DNA of 64,000 bases from Candidatus Bathyarchaeota archaeon. Its GTDB lineage: Archaea; Thermoproteota; Bathyarchaeia; Bathyarchaeales; Bathycorpusculaceae. This document shows positions 31,025-42,195 of this stretch, in pieces. The notes beneath the pieces were generated by a model. The model worked only from the letters and a program-made list of their open reading frames with translations. It searched no databases and was not told where the DNA came from. Numbering within the stretch: the first letter of the stretch is position 1; every line of letters begins with the position of its first letter. Position numbers and translations under genes: made by a program. Where the stretch lies: NCBI GenBank assembly GCA_963775685.1, contig CAVZJV010000001.1, positions 32,001 to 96,000 on the forward strand, read 5' to 3'.

Positions 31025-31755
31025 AACGTGTTGGGTTGATTGGTTGCGGTGCAATTGGAACAGTCTTAGCTGAATCTATGGAGCGCAAGATAGTTGTTTG
31101 TGATGAACTTGTCATTTTTGATGTGGACGGGGCAAAAGCACAAAAACTCAAAGACCGATTAAAATTCCCTGTAAAAATCATGGCAAACGTGGATGAGTTG
31201 CTTGCGTCTAAGCCGTCAATAGTTGTTGAGGCAGCATCCCAGCAAGCCGTGCGAGAATACTACAACAAAATTTTAGCAGCAAATGTTGACTTCATCGTTA
31301 TGAGTACAGGCGCTCTTTTGGATTTAAACACAAATACTCCTCGCCTTCATTTTCCCTCAGGCGCCATCGGAGGCTTAGACGCACTCTCTCCTGCCGCTTT
31401 AGCAGGAATCAGCGAGGTCACGTTGACCAGCCGCAAACCCCCTAAAGCGCTGGGAAAAACCAACAGCCAAGAAGAGACCATCTACGAGGGCTACGCAGAG
31501 CAAGCTACAAGACAGTTCCCACGCGAAATGAACGTAGCAGCAACATTAGCGTTAACCGTTAAACCTGCCAAAGTAAAAGTCAAAGTCGTCTCCGACCCCG
31601 CCGTCACACGCAACACCCACCAAATCCACGCAAAATGGCGCTACGGAGAAATAAACCTCCAATTCGCCAACGACCCCCACCCTGACAACCCCCACACCAG
31701 TGCCCTCGCGGCCTGGTCAGTCATAAACCTACTAAAATCACAACTAGAAAAATAG
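31021..31755 (+). CDS. nadX: L-aspartate dehydrogenase
   Basis: GCGAIG, VEAAS, PSGAIGGLD, FPREMNVAA, NPHTSALAA. Confidence 0.85.
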   Translation: MKRVGLIGCGAIGTVLAESMERKIVVCDELVIFDVDGAKAQKLKDRLKFPVKIMANVDELLASKPSIVVEAASQQAVREYYNKILAANVDFIVMSTGALLDLNTNTPRLHFPSGAIGGLDALSPAALAGISEVTLTSRKPPKALGKTNSQEETIYEGYAEQATRQFPREMNVAATLALTVKPAKVKVKVVSDPAVTRNTHQIHAKWRYGEINLQFANDPHPDNPHTSALAAWSVINLLKSQLEK

Positions 31756-31994
31756 CAACACCAAAAGCGTGGATACTTAGGGAAGCGACTGAATAAAGCA
31801 ATACCCCGTTAAATCATATCTCAAGGTTTACGATCAAACACAAATATAAGAAGCTGTTTTGCTGTGTTTCGTTTGTTTGGTAGATTGCTTATTTGGGGTG
31901 TTTGGTTGGGGGTTGGTAGGGCTGCCAGCGCCTGGGCGGCTGAGGGTTAAAAAATTGAAATAAACAAAAAGAAAGAAGAAGAATACAGTTTATT

Positions 31995-33848
31995 TTATTC
32001 AGTTGTGGTGTTTTCTTCGTTTTCGTCTGCTTGGTGGGTTTGGTCGCTGTCTTCGTCCGTTGTCAATTCTGAATGCGCCTGCTGAGGCGCTTCTGAAGGG
32101 TGGGCTGGACTGTGGGCCTCCTCCACCATGGAAACGGGTTCGATTGCTGGCTCTTCTAGAACTTTTTCAAGGGTTGTTTCAACTGGAGCTTGCTCTGTTA
32201 CCTCGAAGGATTGGAGTGGAGCTTCTACTTCAGGCTGTTCCTGGGCTGCTTCTGCAACTACATCTGTTGGGTCTACTATTTCTTCTGAAGCTTCAATGTT
32301 GATTGCGGGATTTTCTTTGATATCGATGGTTGGTTGCTCAACTGGGGCTACCTCTTCAACTATATCGGCTGGAGCTTCTTCAACGATTTCAGCAGCTTCT
32401 TCTACTGGTGATTCGATTACTGGAGCTTCTGTGATTGGTTCTTCGACTGCTGGCTCTGCAATTACAGCTTCGTTTATTATTTCAGTTGCTTCTGGCTCAG
32501 CAGAAACTATCGGAGCTTCTTCCATGGGGGCTACTTCAATAATTGAGGTTGCTTCAACCGATGCTACGATTGCTGGAGATTCTTCGGCTGGAGTCTCAAC
32601 TGCCGGAGCCTCAACGATTGGGGCTTCTTCAATTGAGGCGACTTCAATGGTTGGTTGCTCAACTAGAGCTACCTCTTCAACCATTTCGGCTGGAGCTTCT
32701 TCAACGATTGCTGCAGCCTCTTCAATTGGGGCAGTTTCAACTGGACCTTGTTCCATTGTGACAATCTCTACTGGAGTGGCTTCTTCAATAACTGGCTCTG
32801 CTTCTGCAACAACTTCAACCGCTGGGGCTTCCTCAACTATTGCGGGAGCAATTTCGACTAGTGTGTTTTCCATGGGGGCTGCTTCGAGGGGGGCTTCTTC
32901 AATTGGAGCTTGCTCGATTGGAGATGCTTCTTCGACCATTGCGGGAGCGACTTCTTCTGGAGCTTGCTCGACTATGGCTGCTTCTTCAATTATTTGGGCT
33001 GGAGCTTCTTCAACGATTGCAGTAGCTTCTTCTACTGGAGTTTCAATTACTAGAGTTTCTGCAACTGACTTTTCGACTGTTGGAGCGTCTATCGTTGGCG
33101 CCTCGGTTGGGATTTCAACCGCGGGAGCCTCAACAACTGGAGCTTCCTCAACAATTGGTGTACTCTCGATTATTGGAGCGGTTTCGACTTGGGCTTCGAT
33201 GGTGGCTTGCTCAACTTGAACTTCCACTGGGGCCTCTAAAGGGACCGCCATCTCAACTGGGGCTGTCTCAGCTACTGGAGCTTCAGCTGGGGCAGTTTCG
33301 ATTGGCGCTGCTTCAACTGGGCAAGTTTCTATAATTGGAGCTGACTCAACAAGTGTAGCTTCCAATGGGACCTCTAAAGGGGCCGCTTCTACCGCCGTCG
33401 GTTGAACTGCTGGAGCTTCCATTATTGGAGCTGGTTCTGGAGCTTGAATTGGTTGAGCGCTATGAAAAAGTTGGTCTGTTGCCTGTTTGATTACACCGAG
33501 TTCGTTTCTTGTTGTTTCAAGAGTGTTTGAGAGCAGACTTATTTCTCGTGCGTAGCTTTCCTCGTCTATTTCTCCGACTACATGTTGAATTTCGTAGTTA
33601 GCGAGAAGGGTTTCTAAGGTTTTTAATTGGCTTTCTAGTTCGAGGGTTTTCGCCTGCATTTTTTCGCCGAGTTCTTGGCGTTGTTTTTCGATTTCGGCTA
33701 TTGCTGCGGTTATGTCGCCTGTGAATGAGTCGCGTGTGGCTTGTGAGATTTTGCCTGACATAAAGAGGTTGTCTAAGGCATGCTTCTTTTTGTTGGCTAT
33801 TTCGTATTCTTCATTTAATCGTTTAAAGGTATATTTCCATGAAATCAC
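31995..33848 (-). CDS. CdvA-like coiled-coil protein with ~480-aa acidic Glu/Ala/Pro-rich tail
   Basis: N-terminus (ALDNLFMSGKISQ...EIQHVVGEIDEESY) resembles the CdvA coiled coil; likely GTG start at 33848; EEAP-type repeats follow. Confidence 0.65.
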   Translation of the reverse strand: MISWKYTFKRLNEEYEIANKKKHALDNLFMSGKISQATRDSFTGDITAAIAEIEKQRQELGEKMQAKTLELESQLKTLETLLANYEIQHVVGEIDEESYAREISLLSNTLETTRNELGVIKQATDQLFHSAQPIQAPEPAPIMEAPAVQPTAVEAAPLEVPLEATLVESAPIIETCPVEAAPIETAPAEAPVAETAPVEMAVPLEAPVEVQVEQATIEAQVETAPIIESTPIVEEAPVVEAPAVEIPTEAPTIDAPTVEKSVAETLVIETPVEEATAIVEEAPAQIIEEAAIVEQAPEEVAPAMVEEASPIEQAPIEEAPLEAAPMENTLVEIAPAIVEEAPAVEVVAEAEPVIEEATPVEIVTMEQGPVETAPIEEAAAIVEEAPAEMVEEVALVEQPTIEVASIEEAPIVEAPAVETPAEESPAIVASVEATSIIEVAPMEEAPIVSAEPEATEIINEAVIAEPAVEEPITEAPVIESPVEEAAEIVEEAPADIVEEVAPVEQPTIDIKENPAINIEASEEIVDPTDVVAEAAQEQPEVEAPLQSFEVTEQAPVETTLEKVLEEPAIEPVSMVEEAHSPAHPSEAPQQAHSELTTDEDSDQTHQADENEENTTTE

Positions 33849-34263
33849 GTTTAGGGCACCATACTTTCGATGGGTAAAATGAGAATTAACGTTTGTTAAC
33901 ATGTACATATATCGCTGACTATTAAATTCGGGCGAGGAGGCAGAAAAATGGATATTTTAACGTTAAAACATGGTGGGTTTGTAGGGGTTTATGTATATAA
34001 AAAGTGAAATTTTTCTTGAAATTACGTGGATTAAGATAACACTTCTATGTCAACTATCATGCATCTATGGGCAAGTTATGTAACCATATATGAAAATGAG
34101 TTTGGGCAATTTACGAAGTTTTATTGTTGAGCTTAGCTCTTCAGGTTCAAGAGCGAGAGTTTATTTTGTTTATACACTTTCAGCAGTGTCATAACTTTTT
34201 ATTTAAATCCAAATAATTCCTATATAACTAAACAAGAACAAACAACCGAAGGAACAGAATAAC

Positions 34264-34663
34264 ATGGTTGCCTTAACAATCACAGTAAACGGAGACAAAT
34301 CCGAAGCCAGAATAATCAAAAAATGCATGAACGCGTAATCAAAAGCTTCATGGACACAATAATACTGGCTGAACTCCAAAACGGCCCCATAAGCGGATAC
34401 ACCGTCACATCCTTCATATGCAAAAAATTTTGGTTCCTCGCCAGCTCAGGAACCGTCTACCCCTGCTTTATTCTCTGGAACGCAACGGTTTAGTTGAGGG
34501 AATCTGGATCGAACGCAAAAGAGTCTACAAACTCACCGAAAAAGGTGCAAAAACCATCGGAACCATCCTCAACTCCCAAGAAAAAATCAAGGGCTTCATA
34601 TCAACAATCCTTAGAGCCCAAACACCCCCATTAGCAATTCCTTTTTTTTCACTAAATCAATAG
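34264..34663 (+). pseudogene. PadR-family regulator with two single-base deletions in homopolymers
   Basis: Reconstructs as ...IKSFMDTIILAELQNGPISGY...SSGTVYP/LLYSLERNGLV...RKRVYKLTEKG. Confidence 0.75.
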
Positions 34664-34715
34664 AAATACTAAAAAACCCCTTCTTCTTTTCCTATCAGCC
34701 GCAACAAATCTTTGC

Positions 34716-34793
34716 GGGTCCGTAGCTCAGTCAGGCTAGAGCATCGGACTTTTAATCCGAGGGTCGCGGGTTCAACTCCCGTCGGACCCGCCA
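34716..34793 (+). tRNA. tRNA-Lys(TTT), intronless, encoded CCA
   Basis: GGGTCCG/CGGACCC acceptor stem, TCGGA-CTTTTAA-TCCGA anticodon arm, GGTTCAACTCC T arm. Confidence 0.97.
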
Positions 34794-35237
34794 TAAATTT
34801 CCGAGTTTTATATATTAGTTGTTGCGGAAAAGCGCCTATACTACAAACAACAGGACTATGCTGCGCTGTGCTGTTTGTCGTCTAAGTTGAATTCAAGGTG
34901 CAAGGTGGTTATGGAGGCTATAACAGGCAGAAACCAAGAACAGAGCTTGTGTATTTGCTGAATAATTAGGTGCCTGCCAGTTGACTGTGAACTTCTTCGG
35001 ATTTAGGGGTTCGTCTACTGCGCTTATGTGTCAATTTTAGAAAACTGGGTGAAAAAGGCGAAACAGAATAATTTAAGTTATCGCTCGCCCAAATGTCTGG
35101 TGCAGTGGATATAGCATTGCACTTAGAAAACCACTGCTTCTATCGCTATGAGCTCAAAATAAAGGAAAAGACGGATTGAATGGACAGATATCCAATCGGT
35201 CGAGGATTCCTGGCTATTGCGCGTCACTGGCAACGTT

Positions 35238-35432
35238 TTATTTCTTCTTGCACGGCTTATAAATAACACCTGCAATGAACAACACAATCCCAACGATGGG
35301 TAATACGAGCACCGCTTCTTGGCCTCTTGCAAAATAGAGGACAAGGCCCACAACAATTAATATTCCCCCAATTCCAAGAAGTCGCCCTTTGTTTGTTTGA
35401 TAATAATCTTTCATGTCCACCACTTTTCCCAC
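35238..35432 (-). CDS. Small 2-TM membrane protein
   Basis: 64-aa ORF with two hydrophobic helices and a GAGGAGGT Shine-Dalgarno. Confidence 0.55.
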   Translation of the reverse strand: MGKVVDMKDYYQTNKGRLLGIGGILIVVGLVLYFARGQEAVLVLPIVGIVLFIAGVIYKPCKKK

Positions 35433-35457
35433 CTCCTCCTCGGCGCTTCCAACTTTG

Positions 35458-35745
35458 CTACTTCCACTTTGTTAGTATTTCCTCTCGTTGAAAAGCTGCT
35501 TTACTTACGAAATAAAGAGCGATATCAATCGCGGAAAGGATACCTGTGATTATAAGAATCCCGTTTATGTCTAGACTTATTATGCGTATTTCGCTAGCTA
35601 AATAAATTGCTAAAAATGGCAAGAAAATAAATATCCCAAAATTATTAGCGCTGCGAACGTCGTTAACTCGAAGACTAACGTTGTCTACAGCTATCAAGTC
35701 AGAGAATTTTTTTGTTAGATTCTCAGTTTCTATAAAACCAATCAC
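35458..35745 (-). pseudogene. Deletion chimera of an ABC ATPase N-terminus and an ABC-2 permease C-terminus
   Basis: IETENLTKKFSDLIAVDNVSLRV joined in frame to ...DVRSANNFG...FQREEILTKWK. Confidence 0.7.
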
Positions 35746-36318
35746 TGGGTCATGGTGATTAGTTAGTTATGTTAAAGCATTATTAGTACGTCGCTAACCA
35801 ACACAAGGTTAGATTCTGTGGGTTCGAATTGTCTTAATCAGGTTGCCTTGGTTTTTTTAAGGCTTGTTTCTGCCCAAAGAAAAAGTTCGTCCACTATAAT
35901 GGTGAAAAAATGATTAAGTGCCAATTAGAGACGAAGGGGGTTTATGGAAAGTTTATGACATTCCATTAAATGGAACATTAACTAAATCAACTGACAGCAA
36001 AAGCCATCCGTAGTTGTCTTTGTCGCAGGCAGCGGACCAATAGCCCCCAGTCGCTCGCGATTTCGAAAAGTCATAAGTTGAGCTTTTATTGTGGGTTCAA
36101 TGGACGAATATGCTAGATAAATTTCCAGCAGTAGCCCTATTTGCGGCTGAAAACTGTTGTATCCTTTTAATGCGGTTTTTTCCCATCAGAAAGATGAGGC
36201 GAAGGCTTGGTGCAGTAGTGGGCATTCTTGCTGGTTTAGTTTAATGTTTTTTGGCGGGTGCAAACTGCGCTAACTTAAAAAAATGGGCCAACCTGATGGG
36301 TTTGAATTTTTGTTTGGT

Positions 36319-37356
36319 TTACCAGAATTTGAGTGGTGACTTGAAGCTCTCTTCAATTTCTTTTCTGGTCTTGGTGCCTAGCTTAACTGGGGCATCCTCT
36401 AGCCATGGGATGTACTCCCATTTCCAAATCCTCTCGTTCGCGTCGTGTTCAGCCATGGCGTGGTTTGCTGTGTTTACAAACATCACAGGGTGTTTATGGT
36501 CTACGAAATAGTACGTGATTGGATGTTTTGGTGCTGGTGGAGGTTTGTCGCCGTGGATTGAATCGGCATTCATTCCGGTCTCGTAGCTGTATATTCCTTC
36601 GAAGGTAAATCTATTATTAGCCGGATCCTTGGCGACAAGAATCTTGAATGATTCTAGATCCATCACCCTTCCGTAGATTATTTGTCGTAGTCCTTGGTAG
36701 ATAGAATTCAAGATCCCGTGCTGGCGAAGTCTTTCGTTGTTGAATAGAAGAGAAACCTCCATTTCATAAGATCCATCTTGGTTGGTAGGTCCTCTTGCGC
36801 AGTGGACTTCGCGAAGGAAGTTTTTCAAGGCGTCAACGCTCGGCTGATATACAACGGGAATTACCCTGTTGTCTTGCACATTTACCTGTACATCGAAGAT
36901 ATTATTTGGATTCTTCGATGGATGACCCAATTCATTCACTATCTCAGTATACAAACTGTAGATTGTTGAATCGGTGATGTCTACGCCTTGCTGTGCCCAC
37001 TCCCAGATCCAATGTTTATCATCAAGCTGAAAGACCCAACGATTTTTTGGGCCTTCTCTTCTATTTGGTATATTATTCCTCGCAGTATACAGCTCAGTTT
37101 TGGGTTCAGATGGTTTTGTCGAAATCTCAAAGCCCAGCATGTACCTTAGCATAACTTCTTTTTCCATGAAATTACTAAGTATTGTTTGGCTGCTTCGGAC
37201 AACAATCAGGCACTCATTGTTTAGAGTTCTCGCAAAACTCATCGTGCAATTATCCGAGTCCCAGAAATCTTCCTCACCAGTCCAAGAAAACTTGCCAAAG
37301 TAACCAACCTGCCATTTTTTCTCTTTAACAGTAAACCAAACTGGTTTTGAAAACAT
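36319..37356 (-). CDS. Hypothetical protein (345 aa)
   Basis: Intact long ORF, Trp/aromatic rich, with a VNTANH His motif; family not recognised. Confidence 0.7.
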   Translation of the reverse strand: MFSKPVWFTVKEKKWQVGYFGKFSWTGEEDFWDSDNCTMSFARTLNNECLIVVRSSQTILSNFMEKEVMLRYMLGFEISTKPSEPKTELYTARNNIPNRREGPKNRWVFQLDDKHWIWEWAQQGVDITDSTIYSLYTEIVNELGHPSKNPNNIFDVQVNVQDNRVIPVVYQPSVDALKNFLREVHCARGPTNQDGSYEMEVSLLFNNERLRQHGILNSIYQGLRQIIYGRVMDLESFKILVAKDPANNRFTFEGIYSYETGMNADSIHGDKPPPAPKHPITYYFVDHKHPVMFVNTANHAMAEHDANERIWKWEYIPWLEDAPVKLGTKTRKEIEESFKSPLKFW

Positions 37357-37439
37357 CGTTAACCTAAGTTATGTTACTCTCTGATCTATTTGATGTTTCT
37401 TCTCCACAGAACAGTGCGAATTTCTGACATGGTCCTTTG

Positions 37440-37675
37440 TTAGTTTAAAGAAGTAGGTTTTGCAGTAGAGAAAAAACCCGTTAAATGAATTATAGTTGCA
37501 CACTTGTTGCATTGAATTATCACTTCATCCAGACTCTGTGTTTTGACCTTTATCTCCAAAATTGATTATCCTTCTTCGGCGCAGTCATCGGGGATATTCT
37601 ATTTCCACATTCTGGACATAGAAATGCTCCTTCTCCATCTATTGAGTTAAGTCCAATACATGCGATTGGACTCAT
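37440..37675 (-). pseudogene. Decayed zinc-ribbon protein
   Basis: IDGEGAFLCPECGNRISP...DEVIIQCNKCATIIHLTGF interrupted by a frameshift and a stop. Confidence 0.55.
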
Positions 37676-38149
37676 TCCATTTGTTGTCCGCATATATAGT
37701 TAGAGTTTTCAAAATCGTTCATGTTTAAGATCTTATTAATTGGTTTTTCCATTTTGCGCTAAATTCTTCCCAAATTGTTGCCTAATTCGAAAAAAAGATC
37801 ATTAAAAAGAGAAAGTTGGTGGACTAAACTTAATCTCCACACACACCTCAACTCAACATAGGCTGCGACAGGAACGCCTACTTCTTCCCAAAACCCTGCG
37901 CCCTCGCCAACAATTCCAAATTATCATGGTTGATACTTCTACCCTTATTCATCTGCGCACTATCAATTGTAAGCGTAGTTAAGTTAAGAAGGATATCTTT
38001 GAGAATAACCCAACATTCAGCTCATCTCCCGGTCAAACAGAAAAGAAGTGCGCAAGCAAAAAGATCACGTGTTCCAAAAGAGGAACAACATGTTCCAAGA
38101 ATAGAACTAAAAGTGCCTCCTTAGTAATAGCTATTGTCTGGTGTTATAG

Positions 38150-39235
38150 ATGAGGAAAGCGACTCTTATGTTGGCGATTCTTCTTCCATGTCTGTTAATG
38201 TCAGTCGCGGCAGAGTTGGGCACTGTTAAGGCACAAGATATTTCTATTGACGTAGAATTTGTGTCGCCTCCACCTGCATATGTGAATCAAACGTTTGAAA
38301 TCAGGGCAACAGTTAGTGGTGGAACGCCGCCCTATACTTATCAGTGGTATACTAAGTGGTTTCCTCCTTGGGAGGCAGGCATGGATCCAGCCCAATATCG
38401 GGCAAGTGGCGGAAATGAAATCGCTGCGCCTGAAGCTACGTCTGCAACATTCTGGTTTACTCCAACAGTCGAAGGGATCTACTGGATTTCCGTTGGCGTA
38501 TCGGACTCTGCTGGACATTCTGTATCACATTATCCATCTATTCAGCCATTCCAACTTATCGTTCAAAACCCACAACCATTGGACCTTGAAAAACTGTTTG
38601 ATGTTGACTTGATGTATGCATACATTCAGCAAGGTGCTTCTTCTGCAATTGCCGTGATCAACTTTACCAGTATTTCTAACGTTACATTGCCCACTGATTC
38701 GGGTGTAACTGAAGTCTACACAATTCAGGTTTTCTCAGGTGGAAACGTTGTTGGTACAAAAGGAGCGATTGGGTGTTCAATTGGCAAGGATGTAAACAGT
38801 AGTTTTCTCATGGATTTAGCTATGAGTTTCGGTCACTTTTCAGGGGCACAAGGAGGGGGATTGCGGTATTGTGAAGTTTTTTACGAACCCCTAAATCCAG
38901 CTTTGAGGGAACCTATCTCTATCAGTGTGATAAGGCTGGGGTGGATTACTGTCAACGGAAATGATACTCAAACCAATCTTTTACATAATGAAACAGTAAC
39001 TCATGTCGAACTATCAAAATACCAAAACGGCTTCCTATACAATAAACTACTATCTCAAGAGCAACTTATGAAAACAAACATGTTTGAACCATTAAATACG
39101 TCCTCTTCAAACTCAAGCCCAACATCAACGCCTACCGTTCCAGAGTTTTCTTGGTTGATAATTATTCTTGCATTGTTGGGTACAGCGACCTTTGCGGTAG
39201 TCTTCCACTACAGAGGAAAAAGAGCTAATACCTGA
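38150..39235 (+). CDS. Secreted surface protein (PKD/Ig-like N-domain) with PEF-type sorting tail
   Basis: Signal peptide, SGGTPPYTYQWY, Ser/Thr/Pro linker, then VPEFSW, TM helix and basic end. Confidence 0.75.
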   Translation: MRKATLMLAILLPCLLMSVAAELGTVKAQDISIDVEFVSPPPAYVNQTFEIRATVSGGTPPYTYQWYTKWFPPWEAGMDPAQYRASGGNEIAAPEATSATFWFTPTVEGIYWISVGVSDSAGHSVSHYPSIQPFQLIVQNPQPLDLEKLFDVDLMYAYIQQGASSAIAVINFTSISNVTLPTDSGVTEVYTIQVFSGGNVVGTKGAIGCSIGKDVNSSFLMDLAMSFGHFSGAQGGGLRYCEVFYEPLNPALREPISISVIRLGWITVNGNDTQTNLLHNETVTHVELSKYQNGFLYNKLLSQEQLMKTNMFEPLNTSSSNSSPTSTPTVPEFSWLIIILALLGTATFAVVFHYRGKRANT

Positions 39236-39392
39236 ACTTTTTCAGGCAAAGGAGAGTTCTCCAACAAATCGTTTGGTGCCAACCTTATTAAAATTGCTCC
39301 GATAAGATCATCATGATTGTTTTAGTTATAATGTCAATAGATAATTTTGAGATTTCTTAAAAATAAAAAAAGAAAAGAAGGGTGATTTTGTT

Positions 39393-42195
39393 TTATTTTT
39401 TTCGAAGAATCATCAGTATGGCTGCGCCGATGATAACCAATATGACTATTATGGCAATTCCAGTGCCTAACACATAGGTGTCAGTCATTGAGACGGGTGG
39501 TGCTGCTGTTGGTGTTGAGGTTGCATGTGGTTCTGGGACAGTAAAGGTGGTCTCCGAACTTGATGGCCAGTAACCATTTGTTCCAGCGAATGTTGCGACT
39601 ACTTTGAAGTCCCCTGAAATGTCAGGTGTCCATGTTAGGCTGTACATTCCATATTCGTCAGTTGTTGCTGACCCGATGCTTCGGAAGTTGCCGTTAGAAT
39701 CCACAACATTTATCGTAACATCAACGCCTGTAAAGTTATCATAAAGTGGCTTCTGCTGATAGACATAGCCCATCCAATCTTTCATGCCTAGCGTCGGATG
39801 CAACAGGAACACTGCTTGGGAAGCGTGCCGATTGCTCATCTTGTTGTGTGCCTGCGGAGATATCTGTCACTGTACCTCTAATGACTATTGATGAATCAAA
39901 AGCTTGAGCTGAAACACTCATGGCGCTGGGTCCTCTGCCTATACTGTAAACTCGGTTGTCAAGACCGTTTATGAATACGCTAAAGCCATCTGCGGTAGCC
40001 CATGAATAAGCTTCGCTGAAACCCCACTCGCTGGGGTATTCTGAAAGTTGCCATATTTCTTCTCCTGTGGTGGCGTTAATAGCACGTGCTGTAGCACCTT
40101 TGTAGAATGGGTTTGGCATAGTGTGTTCATCAGTAGCCACGTATACTACTCCGTTAGCAATAGCTTGTATCATAGTTGGGTAAACTCCATAGAAGATCTG
40201 CAAGCCACCGTTAGTGCTGTTGCCTTCTCCGCCGTTACCGTAAGTCCACAATAATTCGCCAGTTAAATCGTCATAGCAGTAGGTTACTCCTCCGAAGCCA
40301 GCATTATAGAATTTCCCATAAGCAATTGTGCCTAAAACGGGCTGTCCAGGGTCGAAATAGTAGTTCCAAACCGATTGGGGTTGTGTTGTCCAAAGCAAGC
40401 TGCCGTCCTTCAAACTGTATCCCTGCCAATTTAGAGTTTCCATTAGTTGTATAACAAAGACGCCTGTATCAAAATCTACTGCGCTTTGCAACATAGTGAC
40501 GTTGCCTGCTACTGGATTATATGTTTTCGTCCACATTACAGTGCCAACTTGTCCTTTAGATGCGTTGAGGTTAACAGCGAAGTATGTGTAAGGAGCTTGA
40601 TCTGCGCCGTTCCGATTTGCTGCGAAACCTGAAGGCAGGTTGCCGCTTCTGAGAAGCATCATATCACCATAGTTAGCTGCTTGTACAGAGGGTGCTGGGG
40701 TCATGGTGTTGAGCCATGGTATCGAAATGTTCCAGTCATAAGTAGTTAAACCGTGACTGGGCGCGTTAGGATTGATAGTAGTAGAGTTAATGGGGATATC
40801 CGCATCGACTATGATATAATCTGTGTATTGGCTAGTACCTAACTGTGCTGGATTTTTTGTAATGAGAGCGTTGTTGGTTGCATTTACAAGTGCTGGTGAA
40901 AGACTGCCAGCGCCGGTGAATGGATTAATGTCGTACTGCCACAGTTTAGATGAGTTCCATTGAGACAAATACCATTGTGGATTCGCAGTTGTGCCTGCGT
41001 TGCGCATAACATACCTTATTATTTCGCCGCTTGGACCCATAACTGACGTACCTGAAGGGACATTTTTTGTGTCGAATAGCCAGTTTCCTGTGTATGCATC
41101 ATAAGCACTGCCAAAGTTGGATGTGAACAATATTGGTGTAAAAGTCCCATGCTGTTCTTGATCCCAAAGATTGAATATATAGCCAAATGAAAGTGGTGGG
41201 ACATCGTTGCGAGACCAGAGAACCTTTCCCGTGCGAAGATCCATAGCGGTAGTTGGTCCACTGGCTGTGCCTGTGAATGATACTGGTTCAGTGTAAATGA
41301 GGATTCCACTGATTATTATCGGACCGACGAATCTTGGCTGGTATGCTGACCCCTCGTAATATTGGACTCCTTGAACAGCGCCGTTGGGATTTGTGCCGCC
41401 TTCAACAAACTGGTTTCCGCCGACAACTCCTCCGAACTGAAGCGGACGCGTCCACATAATGTGAGGAGTTAAGGGTCCTATGGCATCGTTATGGTACATT
41501 GTTGCGTCTGAGGTGCTAGCGGCGCCTCCTGGAACTGGGGAGCCTCTACCTAGCCAGTTGGACGAAATTGCCCACCAGTCGGTGTTTTCTCCGTATATTG
41601 GGTGTGTCCAGTATTCCTTTGGAAGCGGATAGCTAGTTATGGGCGAAGATATGGGATCTTGTTGCACAATAAGCGTTGTAGATGCTTGGGCTGGCAAATA
41701 GGTATCGTTAATCAGAATTGATTTTTCATAGCCGTTTCCGTTCTCTCCATAGGCTTGTCCAGGAAAGCTGAAGTCTAGAGTGTAGGTACCAATTTGGTCA
41801 GGAGTAAATTTGGTAAATTGATTTGATGTAGTATCAAAGACAGTCTCAAAAATCTGTGTTGTCGCATGACCGTCAGGCGCTATGATTGTAAGATTGTAGT
41901 TTTTGAATCGATAGCTGTTTGATAGCAACGCCGCGCTGGCTGTAGAGCCATTTGTGCCAACGGCAGCAGCGGATCCACCTGCTACTCCGTAGACAGGGTC
42001 AAGCCACATATAGACATGTGCTTCTTGCCCGACACCTATAGGATCAGGTGCTGCAACAACGTAAGCATATGTAGGAATATCCCATGGCGGAGAATGTGCA
42101 CTAGTAGCCGGTACTAGTATCATTGAAGCGCCCATAGAAATTGTTAAAAGCAAAGCAATCAAAATAGCCATAGTTTTATTTTTTAATTTTTGCAT
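39393..42195 (-). CDS. Large secreted PQQ-like beta-propeller surface protein with TM anchor; one frameshift near 39790
   Basis: Signal peptide; repeated DLRTGKVLW / TGELLWTY / ATTGEEIW motifs; C-terminal Ig-like domain and TM segment in a second frame. Confidence 0.8.

Noticed and set aside
32003-33334. 363-aa Ser/Ala/Thr-rich ORF and neighbouring ORFs on the plus strand
   Set aside because: Antisense shadows of the low-complexity tail of the CdvA-like gene.
35990-36060. PSVVVFVAGSGP alpha/beta-hydrolase-like fragment
   Set aside because: Only about 12 codons survive, too little to call as a feature.
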